64,000 bases of DNA from IMG/VR virus record IMGVR_UViG_3300033076_000783; one strand, 5' to 3'. How positions within the stretch are numbered: position 1 is the first letter of the stretch; each line of letters opens with the position of its first letter. The notes beneath the pieces are model-generated. The model was given only the letters and a program-made list of their open reading frames with translations. It searched no databases and had not been told where the DNA came from. Source of the DNA: a virus. The position numbers were made by a program, and so were the translations under genes. Shown in pieces: positions 55,687 to 64,000 of the stretch.

Positions 55687-56369
55687 TTTCTAAATTCTTT
55701 GAATATTTTTATGAATGGTTTTTCATATTTTTCAATCTCTTTAATATCTAAACCATTATAAAGACCGGTTGATAGAAATGCTTGTGCCTCATCATCTAAA
55801 ATCTTTCTATCATTTACATAACCCATTTTGATGAGTTTCTTGTCTATTTTATCCATAGTCTTTTTAGGGATTAAAGATAATTGATACGTCATTCTTAATT
55901 TATATTCTTTATTTGTGTAATATAAACCATGAGCAATCTCGTGATTCATAGTACCTTTATCTTTAGAACTTGCACCAATCAAATACCAATCATGTCTTGT
56001 CCCATTATTTTTATTTTGAGCATCTAACGCACAATGAAAATAAATGTCGTTCATGATTGTATCATATTCAGTTTCTTTATAAAACTTATCATGAGCATGT
56101 TCTAAAACATCAGATGGGATATTATAACCAGACCAATCTTCAGGATATGTGAATGTCTTTTTTTTCCAAAAATCTTTATAGAACCTCATATATTCCATCC
56201 ATGTGAAATATTTTCCTCTGAATTGTTTATATGGTGATTCATAAAATTCTTGGTAACGACAAAACAACATTGCTCTGTCGTAGTTGTCATCAACCTCAAC
56301 ACAATAGATAAATGGTTTTATTTCTTTTACTATTCCTTTAACTAAAGGATGTTTGATTTTCATAGGCAA
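55683..56369 (-). CDS. hypothetical protein with HExxH motif
   Basis: NHEIAHGLYY; possible metallopeptidase. Confidence 0.3.
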   Translation of the reverse strand: MPMKIKHPLVKGIVKEIKPFIYCVEVDDNYDRAMLFCRYQEFYESPYKQFRGKYFTWMEYMRFYKDFWKKKTFTYPEDWSGYNIPSDVLEHAHDKFYKETEYDTIMNDIYFHCALDAQNKNNGTRHDWYLIGASSKDKGTMNHEIAHGLYYTNKEYKLRMTYQLSLIPKKTMDKIDKKLIKMGYVNDRKILDDEAQAFLSTGLYNGLDIKEIEKYEKPFIKIFKEFRK

Positions 56370-56974
56370 CTTTTTAAAACTTCATAACAAAGTTCATCAG
56401 GTATTTTACTTCTTTCATATGGATTTGATCTACCTTGTGTTCCTGTTCTACTTCCTCTTGGTGCTGCAACGTGACACGGGTCACCATTCTTACACATCTT
56501 ACGAGGAACCCACACATCACTGTTTGTCCATATATCAGTTGGTTTCATTCTGTCATCACCATATTGACAATATGTGACAGTATTCCGTTTCAAATCTTTT
56601 ACCACATCCATTTTTCTAAGGACACCTCTTGGGTTCTCCATAAACCAATACTTTGGTTTGTAGTAATCAATAATCTCCAACGTCTTCTTAACCAATTCAA
56701 TACCTAATCTCGCAGTGTCGGTTTTAGGTACGTATGCACCTTTTCCCCCACCCCAATGATGACCGATTGCAGCAACACTAAAACCAGTACATGGTGGTGA
56801 TGCCCAAATTACATCAGGAATAAATGGTACCTTAGAGTAATCAAATTCTAAAATATTAACAACATAGTTAATACCTTCGAAATCGTTGATATCCGATGAG
56901 AACACCTCCATTCCCAACGATTCGGCTTGTTTACCGATGGATCTACTTCCGGCAAATAACTCTAAAACTTTCAT
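56360..56974 (-). CDS. short atypical C5-cytosine methyltransferase-like protein
   Basis: Motif I LELFAGSRS. Motif IV ASPPCTGFS (PCT instead of PCQ). Motif VI-like FMENPRG. 204 aa; no obvious target-recognition domain. Confidence 0.45.
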   Translation of the reverse strand: MKVLELFAGSRSIGKQAESLGMEVFSSDINDFEGINYVVNILEFDYSKVPFIPDVIWASPPCTGFSVAAIGHHWGGGKGAYVPKTDTARLGIELVKKTLEIIDYYKPKYWFMENPRGVLRKMDVVKDLKRNTVTYCQYGDDRMKPTDIWTNSDVWVPRKMCKNGDPCHVAAPRGSRTGTQGRSNPYERSKIPDELCYEVLKSCL

Positions 56975-57255
56975 TAACGGATGTGTTGGAATTTATTTGC
57001 TAAATTATTGATGAAGTTTTCTTCTTCTAATGATAGAAGATCCCTACACTTTGCTAATTTATCAAGACTTTCCCAAAAACGTTGGTCGTTAATGTTTGGT
57101 CTACGAACACCATTACTACCGTTTCTTGTGTCTTGGTCTGGTTGGATGTCACCATCTTCGATAAGGATTTCTACTAATCTTTGTCTTTCTCTTCTACTAC
57201 AAGAGTCAACAAATTCACTTGGATCAACGTCCACTTCTGCTGTAAATTCTGGCAT
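56974..57255 (-). CDS. hypothetical protein
   Basis: 93-aa ORF. Confidence 0.35.
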   Translation of the reverse strand: MPEFTAEVDVDPSEFVDSCSRRERQRLVEILIEDGDIQPDQDTRNGSNGVRRPNINDQRFWESLDKLAKCRDLLSLEEENFINNLANKFQHIR

Positions 57256-57509
57256 GATATTATGTTTTATTGTTTAATAAAAATATACAGAAAATTTTTG
57301 ATAAAAAAAAATAAACGGTCTCCCGTTTATTTAATTTTATTAACTAAAGAATCAAGTGTTTTTTTATCTGTCTTAATTTCTTTAACGACCTGTGATTCTT
57401 TTCTTAATCTTGCTAACTCTCTTTGTTGAAAGTAACATATTAACAAGAGTACTAACGCGGCACCCATTGTTACGTTCTTTTGGTTTTTTTTAAAAAATTC
57501 TATCATAAT

Positions 57510-57770
57510 TTATTCTATTAAATCTTCAATGTCAATATTATGGTCGCTGATTGTTTTAAGTATGTTATCCATACACATATCAATAACATCATAAACCTCA
57601 ACGTCCTCATTTTTAAACTCTTTGAATTCTAATTCTCTTTCGAGTCTCTTTCTTAGATTCATTTCAATCTCCCAAAGAGCAAGTGCTAGGTCTGTTGATT
57701 TGATAGCACGTTTGTGTGCCATTTTATCATCATGGTCATTTAAGTCAAACTCTAAAATCGCTTTCGCCAT
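57510..57770 (-). CDS. hypothetical protein
   Basis: 86-aa ORF. Confidence 0.35.
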   Translation of the reverse strand: MAKAILEFDLNDHDDKMAHKRAIKSTDLALALWEIEMNLRKRLERELEFKEFKNEDVEVYDVIDMCMDNILKTISDHNIDIEDLIE

Positions 57771-57899
57771 AGGTCACTTATTTTTTTACCTGGTTTAATT
57801 ATTTTACCTGTTTCTTCGTCCATCATTGGTGCTCTCCACATTTCGAAGGCAATCCAAAGTCCAACAAATATTAGGGTTACTGCTAGTACTTTCATAATT

Positions 57900-58214
57900 T
57901 TAACTTTGTAATGTGGTGTATTTTGATTTCCAAAATTGCCACCATTTTCTTTCAACAATAGGTTTACACTCTGAAAAAGGATTATCCCCAAATGAGGCCT
58001 TGTTCATATATTTTGATGTTAATACGTTGTAAAAAATCTCGTGATGTTTTTTATCTATGGTGGCAAAATCTGCCAACACTTCAACATTTAAACTTACGGG
58101 ACCATCTTCAGTATAAACAATGAATTGTTCATACAATTTAACAACGTTAGTGGTTTTAATGTTAATAAACTGACCATTCCCAATATGGAATTCCTGTTCA
58201 TTTTTTTTACTCAT
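57900..58214 (-). CDS. hypothetical protein
   Basis: 104-aa ORF. Confidence 0.35.
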   Translation of the reverse strand: MSKKNEQEFHIGNGQFINIKTTNVVKLYEQFIVYTEDGPVSLNVEVLADFATIDKKHHEIFYNVLTSKYMNKASFGDNPFSECKPIVERKWWQFWKSKYTTLQS

Positions 58215-58215
58215 T

Positions 58216-58533
58216 TTACTCTGTTTGTGTTGTTAATATTAATTCGAACTCATCGGCTGCCTTTTGATTTTTTTCCTTTAAAATTTCTAAAGCAATTTCA
58301 TAACGACCAACCTCTGTTGATTTAATGAATAACTCATTTTGTAAACTATCCACAGTTTCTTGTAGATTTGCCTTTTGGATATCACCGCCCAAAACAAATC
58401 CTTTATCGGTTTGACATTTTTTTAATTCATCAATCGTGTTTACATATTTGATTGATATTACCGTAAACCCTATTAAAAGACTTACGATGTAAAATTTTAC
58501 TTGTGATGACATTTTATAAATTTTGTATTTCAA
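58216..58533 (-). CDS. membrane-anchored coiled-coil protein
   Basis: N-terminal TM then heptad-like region. Confidence 0.35.
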   Translation of the reverse strand: MKYKIYKMSSQVKFYIVSLLIGFTVISIKYVNTIDELKKCQTDKGFVLGGDIQKANLQETVDSLQNELFIKSTEVGRYEIALEILKEKNQKAADEFELILTTQTE

Positions 58534-58846
58534 TTAATAATTCACTTACTTCATCTTCTGATAGATGTCCTCTTACATCGCCTTGAGCAACCGGATTCTC
58601 ATAGTGTAATTCACCTTCAGAATCTAAAACCGCCAACTCATATAAACCAAGTGAACCCCCATAAGAATATGTGTGAGATACAACGGATGCCCCCCAACCA
58701 TTTTCGAAAGTTACTCGGCATCTTTTTCCTTTGATGAATTCATCCGATATATCTTCAAACTCTAAGTCTTTAAATGTTTTCATTTTAATTTTTTTTACGA
58801 ATGCTCGTGTTAAATAAAAGTTCATACTAAAATATTTCTTCGGCAA
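58514..58846 (-). CDS. hypothetical protein
   Basis: 110-aa ORF. Confidence 0.35.
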   Translation of the reverse strand: MPKKYFSMNFYLTRAFVKKIKMKTFKDLEFEDISDEFIKGKRCRVTFENGWGASVVSHTYSYGGSLGLYELAVLDSEGELHYENPVAQGDVRGHLSEDEVSELLIEIQNL

Positions 58847-59032
58847 TACCTAAGGATTCTGCCACCCCTAATAAAATTGCAGCAACTTCTAAATGTCCTT
58901 GGAAAAGTGAAAAACAGGCACCAAATCTGATGCCTGATTTTACAATACTTATCCAAAAATGACTATTCGATTTCGATTCTTTTGGTTGTATCATGATAAT
59001 AATATACTTAAAATAATTGAAAATTCAAAAAA

Positions 59033-59992
59033 TTATTTATCCTTCAATAAACTTTTAATAACGTGTGATCCTACAGGAATTGACCATCCATTTCCACACA
59101 TTTTTTCTCTTGCGGTTTTTGTAATCCCATCAACATGAGTGTGACCAGGTTTTAAACCCATTAACATTTCACCTTGTTCTATTGTTAATTTATGGATTTT
59201 ATTTCTTTTATCAACATAATATCCGGTACCATGACCCTGTCCATTAGTAACATTAGAACCAAATTTTGTAACAACACAATTTGATTTGTTATCTTTTCTA
59301 ACGGTAAGAGGGTAACTATAAAAGTCTTGTTTGTTCATTTTTCTTCCTCTGAAACCCGCACCGTTTACTGCGTTTTCGATTACATCACTTAGAGATATTC
59401 CTTTATCTTTAGGAATGGTGATTGTTGGTCTACTACCCCAAAACAATCTAACTCTACTTTGTGCACTTAATAATGCTGCATCTATTTTGACAGGTTTAAC
59501 ACCTAATGCCGAACTAAGTATGTTCTCCCATTTTTTAGTCATTTTAACATTCTCAACCACAAAGTCTGCAACAGGTAATCCCTTTTTCTTTTGTAATTTG
59601 GTGATTCCTTTGATAAGTCTATCAACTTCCCAAAACAAATATGATTGTCCTTCAAATTCAAAACCCTCTGCCTTTAATTTTTCATATTGTTCTAAAGTGT
59701 AGACCTCAACATTTGTGGTTGTTGACATTCCCTTTCTTTTACCCGCCATTGAAAATGATTGACATGGTGAACCCGCACATATTAGATTCACATCTAAAAA
59801 ATCTTTTGGGTTTAAGTTTCTAACATCACCGACGAAAACCGCCTTAGGGAAATTCTTTTTAAGAACTTTAAGTGCGTTAGGGTCAATTTCACTAATATAA
59901 CTTTTAGTGATTTTGAATCCCGCCGATTTTACGGACAATTCTGCTCCGCCATAACCAGCGAATAAGTCAAGAAGTACGATTTCTTTTTTCAT
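59033..59992 (-). CDS. DNA (cytosine-5)-methyltransferase
   Basis: Motif I LLDLFAGYGG. Motif IV ICAGSPCQSFSMAG. Motif VI FVVENV. C-terminal GNGWSIPV. Start set to MKKEIV, downstream of a TTTG...TAGATTTG promoter. Confidence 0.8.
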   Translation of the reverse strand: MKKEIVLLDLFAGYGGAELSVKSAGFKITKSYISEIDPNALKVLKKNFPKAVFVGDVRNLNPKDFLDVNLICAGSPCQSFSMAGKRKGMSTTTNVEVYTLEQYEKLKAEGFEFEGQSYLFWEVDRLIKGITKLQKKKGLPVADFVVENVKMTKKWENILSSALGVKPVKIDAALLSAQSRVRLFWGSRPTITIPKDKGISLSDVIENAVNGAGFRGRKMNKQDFYSYPLTVRKDNKSNCVVTKFGSNVTNGQGHGTGYYVDKRNKIHKLTIEQGEMLMGLKPGHTHVDGITKTAREKMCGNGWSIPVGSHVIKSLLKDK

Positions 59993-60082
59993 GTTGTTAT
60001 AAGTTTTGTTTGTACGATACAAATCTACGAATATTTTTTAATATACAAAAATATTTTTAAAAAAATTATAACTAACTGATTA

Positions 60083-61591
60083 TTAGGAATTTATATTGTC
60101 GTATTTGGTTTTAACCCACTTAATATCACCGTATTTTTTGAATTTTTTGTTTAAAATATCGATGAAACCTAAAAATATACTAGGTGTTGTGGTATTTGTC
60201 TTTCCATATGACTGAACTAATTCACCTTTTCTATACTGTAAATTAATTGTCTTTTTGTTGTGGGTTGCGGTTAAATAAACATATAATAAACCGTTTGAAA
60301 ATTGTTTGGACATACAGTTTTTCATCTTAAAACCTTCTTGGATAAATTCTTCTTCAGTTGTTAATATTTTAACATTAAAGACTAAATCATTTATCTTTAT
60401 TTCGGTTTCAATGTCTTTAACAAATTCATCAGGATATGAATATTTTAATTTATATCCTCTTTTATAATATTGTTTTAGGTTTGTTAATCTATCGAATGTG
60501 TTATTAAACTGTGCATCATTTTTAGGTGTTAGTTTAATATCTAATCCATATTTTTCTAAATCAGACCTCAACATAAGAAGTTTCTCGATACTATAAAATA
60601 ATGGATCTAAATTTATTTCACCCTTACTCCAATTATTAATTAGTTTTACAAAACTATTCTTTTCAAATTCATTCTTCAGTTCTTGAATTTTTAATCTCGG
60701 TTGATATACGTCTACACAATGTGATTTCCAATCCATCTTTTTTAAGTAGTCTAAATGATTATCACCAAATAGTTTACAGAAGTATTTTACCGCGGTTATA
60801 TTAAGTGGTATTTCGGATGTGTTTAACTCTTTGATTAGATATTTTGATTTAATACCGTATGAATCTAAAACCGCAGGTAGGAATTTATTATCATTGTTTT
60901 TTAAATGTTTCTTTGTTGGGTATACATCCATTATGTCGAAGTAAACATAATCATGTCCTTTAATGTTTTTTTGATTTAAATGAAAGTCGACGATGATATC
61001 AAACAATTCATTAACGGAGTTTTTGTTTTTATATGACTTAGTTGAATAAAAATCTTCTTTAAATTTCGTTTTTAATTTATTGGTGATTAACAACACGATA
61101 TTGTTTAATGCTCTTTCGTATTTAACTCCCCAATAGTTTAATCTTTTCTCACCTCTATAAAATCCATTATCAATCAATTCACCCAACATTTTAAAATCAT
61201 TCTTTTTGATTTTTTGTGTTGATTTAAAAGATTTTTCATCTGTCAAATTATTGTTATCAATTTTATATGTGACATCAATGTCTCCTGTGTTTAAATTGAT
61301 TTCTAATTTATGAATGAACGTAACGTGTTTTTTTGTTCCGTATCTATGATATTCTAAATTAAAATCACAACACAAAATAACTACATCATCTCCACCGAAT
61401 AATTTCAAATCACAGATGGAAGTTGCACTACTCTTTCTATCTTTTTTATTTTGATTATGTCTAAATAATAAATCCACATATAAAATATATGTGGATTTAT
61501 TTACAAAGTATATAGTTAAGTTATTGTAAAAAGTCTTCAAAGGTATAACCGAATAAACTCGTTGGGGTTTCTTTTTTAACCTCAATTCCAT
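60083..61591 (-). CDS. large hypothetical protein (paralog of the upstream gene)
   Basis: Shares YPTKKHLKNNDNKFLPAVLDSYGIKSKYLIKEL and C-terminal TEEEFIQEGFKMKNC blocks with the 61521-63386 product. Confidence 0.45.
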   Translation of the reverse strand: MELRLKKKPQRVYSVIPLKTFYNNLTIYFVNKSTYILYVDLLFRHNQNKKDRKSSATSICDLKLFGGDDVVILCCDFNLEYHRYGTKKHVTFIHKLEINLNTGDIDVTYKIDNNNLTDEKSFKSTQKIKKNDFKMLGELIDNGFYRGEKRLNYWGVKYERALNNIVLLITNKLKTKFKEDFYSTKSYKNKNSVNELFDIIVDFHLNQKNIKGHDYVYFDIMDVYPTKKHLKNNDNKFLPAVLDSYGIKSKYLIKELNTSEIPLNITAVKYFCKLFGDNHLDYLKKMDWKSHCVDVYQPRLKIQELKNEFEKNSFVKLINNWSKGEINLDPLFYSIEKLLMLRSDLEKYGLDIKLTPKNDAQFNNTFDRLTNLKQYYKRGYKLKYSYPDEFVKDIETEIKINDLVFNVKILTTEEEFIQEGFKMKNCMSKQFSNGLLYVYLTATHNKKTINLQYRKGELVQSYGKTNTTTPSIFLGFIDILNKKFKKYGDIKWVKTKYDNINS

Positions 61592-63386
61592 TAATTTTAA
61601 CAGGTACCTTAATTTTTTCTGATGCGTGTAGTAGACCTAATCTTGCATATCTTTTCACTTTTGGTGATAAGTCATTTATGATGACGTGTTCAATATCTGC
61701 AGGTGGTTGTTTATTACAAAAATGTCTAGCTTGAATTAACATACCATCTTGACAATTAAATTCACACGTAACTCTGTCTGTACCATCTTCAGTTCTTACT
61801 GATATAATAATTGATCTGTCCTTATCAGAATATGATGCAACACAGTGATGCATGAAATCACCCTCTTCAATATACTCTTCTTCTCTCTTCAATATTGTTG
61901 GGTAAAATGAAACACCTAAGTCTTCACCATATATTGGTTCAACTTCCGTCCCTAAATTTACTTTTAATGGTATTGGTTTCTCAACATCCTCAACCATTTT
62001 TTCATTAAACTTGTATTCAATGACCCAACCTTTTTTAATTGCTTGGATTATTTTTGTTAACTCTCTATGTTCATCATGAAATTCACCAATGGTTCTGGCA
62101 TTCATTCTAATATTTTCTTGATATGGTCTAATTTTTTCTATCATATTAAAATGGTCAACAATCAATTGGATATTTCTCTGTGAAATAAAAGTCGTGGTTC
62201 CATAAGTGCCCGAATTAATTATCTTTATAAGATTTTCTTTTTCAATCGGAGTTAGTTTTAAATTAGTCGGTGTACTATTCAATAAGATTTGTTTATTATT
62301 ATAATCCGATTCGATGGTTGATCTAACTGAATTATATTCAAAAATTAAAGGATTTATATTACCAACATACTTTGGGAAATCGTCACCTAAAATTTTACAA
62401 ATCATATATAGACCATATAAACTCATGTCAGTATTGCTGTGTAAAATTTTGTTTGTTATTTTACTTTTTATACCTAAACAGTCTAATATAGAAACTAATA
62501 ATTTTCTGTCGTTTTTCTTCAAATATTTTTCTGTGGGATAGAAATTTGTTAACCAACTGTGGTAGTCACCATTTGGTAATTTAATTTCTTTCTTTTTAAC
62601 AAACCATTCTGTGAAATCAACAAAGAATTGTTTTTGATTAGATGCATATGATGGAACCCCTAAACTCACACCTAAAATATTTTGAAATTTTTGACTGAAC
62701 TCTATGTTATCAAAAATTTTCTCATACTCCGATTTTAAATTTTTTTCACTGATGAGTGAATGTATATTAAAAACTTGGTCGATTAGAACTAAACGCCCAA
62801 ATGAATTTGTTCTAAAAGTATTTGATTGTGCTCCACGTATTTTATTTGATGATAAAATGGTGAAATTACCATTTACTAAATTAATCGTGATTGACGTTAC
62901 TTGGAAACTTTTCTTAAAATAAATCGAATTAAACCCTCGGCTCTTTGTTCCTATGTAAATTTTTAAGGTTACTTTATCTCCGTGTTGTCTAATCGACCTC
63001 TCAATGGTTTTAATCGTTATTGAAGAAAATGGTCTACCGTAATGGTTTTTGATATGTCTATTCGATGTTGTATGAAAGGAGGTACGATTATTTTTATCAA
63101 TGTAGGCATAATCCAAAACAAAATTTTCTTGTACGTCATCGTCAGTACTAAAATAATTTACTTTTCTTTTTTTTCTTTTTGGTAACGAATAAATTCTACC
63201 ACCTATTTTATTTGATAGTTTTTCTCTATCGGTAAAGAATGTAATTTCATTATCGTCGGAATCTGATAAATTTGGGAGTTCATCGTTAATTCTTCGAATA
63301 TTTCTCTTTCTCTCATCTAATCTACAATAATCTCTATATGAAAGTATTGTTGCCACCGTGATTTTCTGTGTTATAATATCCACCAT
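61521..63386 (-). CDS. large hypothetical protein (paralog)
   Basis: YPTEKYLKKNDRKLLVSILDCLGIKSKITNKIL and REEEYIEEGDFMHHC blocks; 621 aa. Confidence 0.45.
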   Translation of the reverse strand: MVDIITQKITVATILSYRDYCRLDERKRNIRRINDELPNLSDSDDNEITFFTDREKLSNKIGGRIYSLPKRKKRKVNYFSTDDDVQENFVLDYAYIDKNNRTSFHTTSNRHIKNHYGRPFSSITIKTIERSIRQHGDKVTLKIYIGTKSRGFNSIYFKKSFQVTSITINLVNGNFTILSSNKIRGAQSNTFRTNSFGRLVLIDQVFNIHSLISEKNLKSEYEKIFDNIEFSQKFQNILGVSLGVPSYASNQKQFFVDFTEWFVKKKEIKLPNGDYHSWLTNFYPTEKYLKKNDRKLLVSILDCLGIKSKITNKILHSNTDMSLYGLYMICKILGDDFPKYVGNINPLIFEYNSVRSTIESDYNNKQILLNSTPTNLKLTPIEKENLIKIINSGTYGTTTFISQRNIQLIVDHFNMIEKIRPYQENIRMNARTIGEFHDEHRELTKIIQAIKKGWVIEYKFNEKMVEDVEKPIPLKVNLGTEVEPIYGEDLGVSFYPTILKREEEYIEEGDFMHHCVASYSDKDRSIIISVRTEDGTDRVTCEFNCQDGMLIQARHFCNKQPPADIEHVIINDLSPKVKRYARLGLLHASEKIKVPVKINGIEVKKETPTSLFGYTFEDFLQ

Positions 63387-63465
63387 ATCTAATATTTGTA
63401 TGTTTTGTTCGTGACAAATATAATGAAAAAATTTAGAATATATGTATTTATATAGAAAAATATTA

Positions 63466-63597
63466 TGGCAAAGGCAAAAGGATCATCCTCAAACTCAATG
63501 AAGATTTCTTTCGGTAAGAAAGGTAAGGGTAAATTTAAAAAATCTTACGGACCAAAGTCCCAAAAACCAAAAAGATACAGGGGTCAGGGTCGTTAAT
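63466..63597 (+). CDS. small highly basic protein (Lys/Gly-rich)
   Basis: ATG..TAA ORF of 43 aa, MAKAKGSSSNSMKISFGKKGKGKFKKSYGPKSQKPKRYRGQGR. Opposite strand to its neighbours; not in the 60-aa-minimum ORF track. Confidence 0.25.
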
Positions 63598-63991
63598 TTA
63601 AACGACCACCTCCTTTAAAGTTGTTTTTGTAACGGGGTTCGGATAAGGAACTTATTTTGACCCCTTCACTTTTGTTTGCTGCATGTACAAATGTGTCTTC
63701 CCCTAAGTAAATTCCACAATGCCAACCACTAGGACTTTGTCTACTTCTAAAAAAAACGATGTCCCCAACCACCAAACTATCTCTTTTAATTCTTTGAGTT
63801 TGATTCCATTGTTTAGAACAATTGTCACCTAATTTTTTATTGTACACCTCACCATATAATTTCTTAGTGAATTGGGAACAGTCAATACCTTTTTTGGTTG
63901 ACCCACCTAATCTATATTTAACACCATACCACTCCATAACAAAGGAATGTAATGGTTTTGTTGTTTGACCATAACAAGTCATAACAACCAT
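63593..63991 (-). CDS. NlpC/P60 family cell-wall peptidase
   Basis: GIDCSQFT (catalytic Cys) and WHCGIYLGEDTFVHAA (His block). Confidence 0.7.
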   Translation of the reverse strand: MVVMTCYGQTTKPLHSFVMEWYGVKYRLGGSTKKGIDCSQFTKKLYGEVYNKKLGDNCSKQWNQTQRIKRDSLVVGDIVFFRSRQSPSGWHCGIYLGEDTFVHAANKSEGVKISSLSEPRYKNNFKGGGRLN

Positions 63992-64000
63992 GAACAGTAC

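Noticed and set aside
1-64000. Prophage or integrative element boundaries (integrase, attachment sites, tRNA)
   Set aside because: No integrase, recombinase, transposase or tRNA was recognised. Gene content and promoter architecture fit a lytic phage accessory region, not an integrated island.

Overview
AT-rich window (roughly one-third GC) that reads as the accessory, hyperplastic part of a large dsDNA bacteriophage infecting a Bacteroidetes (Flavobacteriia-type) host. The host call rests on promoters of the form TTTG-(19-21 nt)-TAnnTTTG preceding many genes and on frequent intrinsic terminators. There are no rRNA or tRNA genes, no CRISPR array, no integrase or transposase, and no obvious virion structural or replisome genes.

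The window has three blocks.

1. Left end (59-2620, + strand): ADP-heptose-type sugar genes (HldE-like heptose-7-P kinase, HldD-like epimerase) and the first of four SGNH/GDSL-like hydrolase paralogs.

2. Minus-strand block (2903-7955) and plus-strand array (8347-25142): after a divergent G-rich control region, about 30 small mostly unknown genes each sit in their own promoter-terminator unit. They are punctuated by more than 20 copies of a complex imperfect palindrome family (core ATTATGAAYGGCYC...GRGCCRTWCATTATT), analogous in placement to T4-type promoter-early stem-loops. Recognisable members include a DGQHR/DndB-like ParB-superfamily protein, a DUF932 protein, a bPH_2 membrane protein, and several very acidic proteins.

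3. Long minus-strand block (25930-63991), reached after a 790-bp hairpin-rich noncoding island, with enzymatic and surface/lysis functions:
- nuclease-related: a zinc-ribbon-repeat HNH-type protein, a T5orf172 protein, and a DnaQ-like exonuclease;
- nucleotide and small-molecule enzymes: a sulfotransferase-like P-loop protein, a 2x[4Fe-4S] ferredoxin, an NT5C-like nucleotidase, a metallophosphoesterase, a SAM decarboxylase proenzyme, and two more SGNH paralogs;
- DNA-binding and methylation: a DnaA-domain-IV-only protein and two C5-cytosine methyltransferases, one atypically short;
- cell-wall hydrolases: 3D-domain, PG_binding_1+M15, and NlpC/P60 proteins;
- membrane and unknown: an FG-GAP beta-propeller lipoprotein, an SPFH/band-7 gene with two upstream small membrane-protein genes, and a tandem pair of large paralogous unknown proteins.
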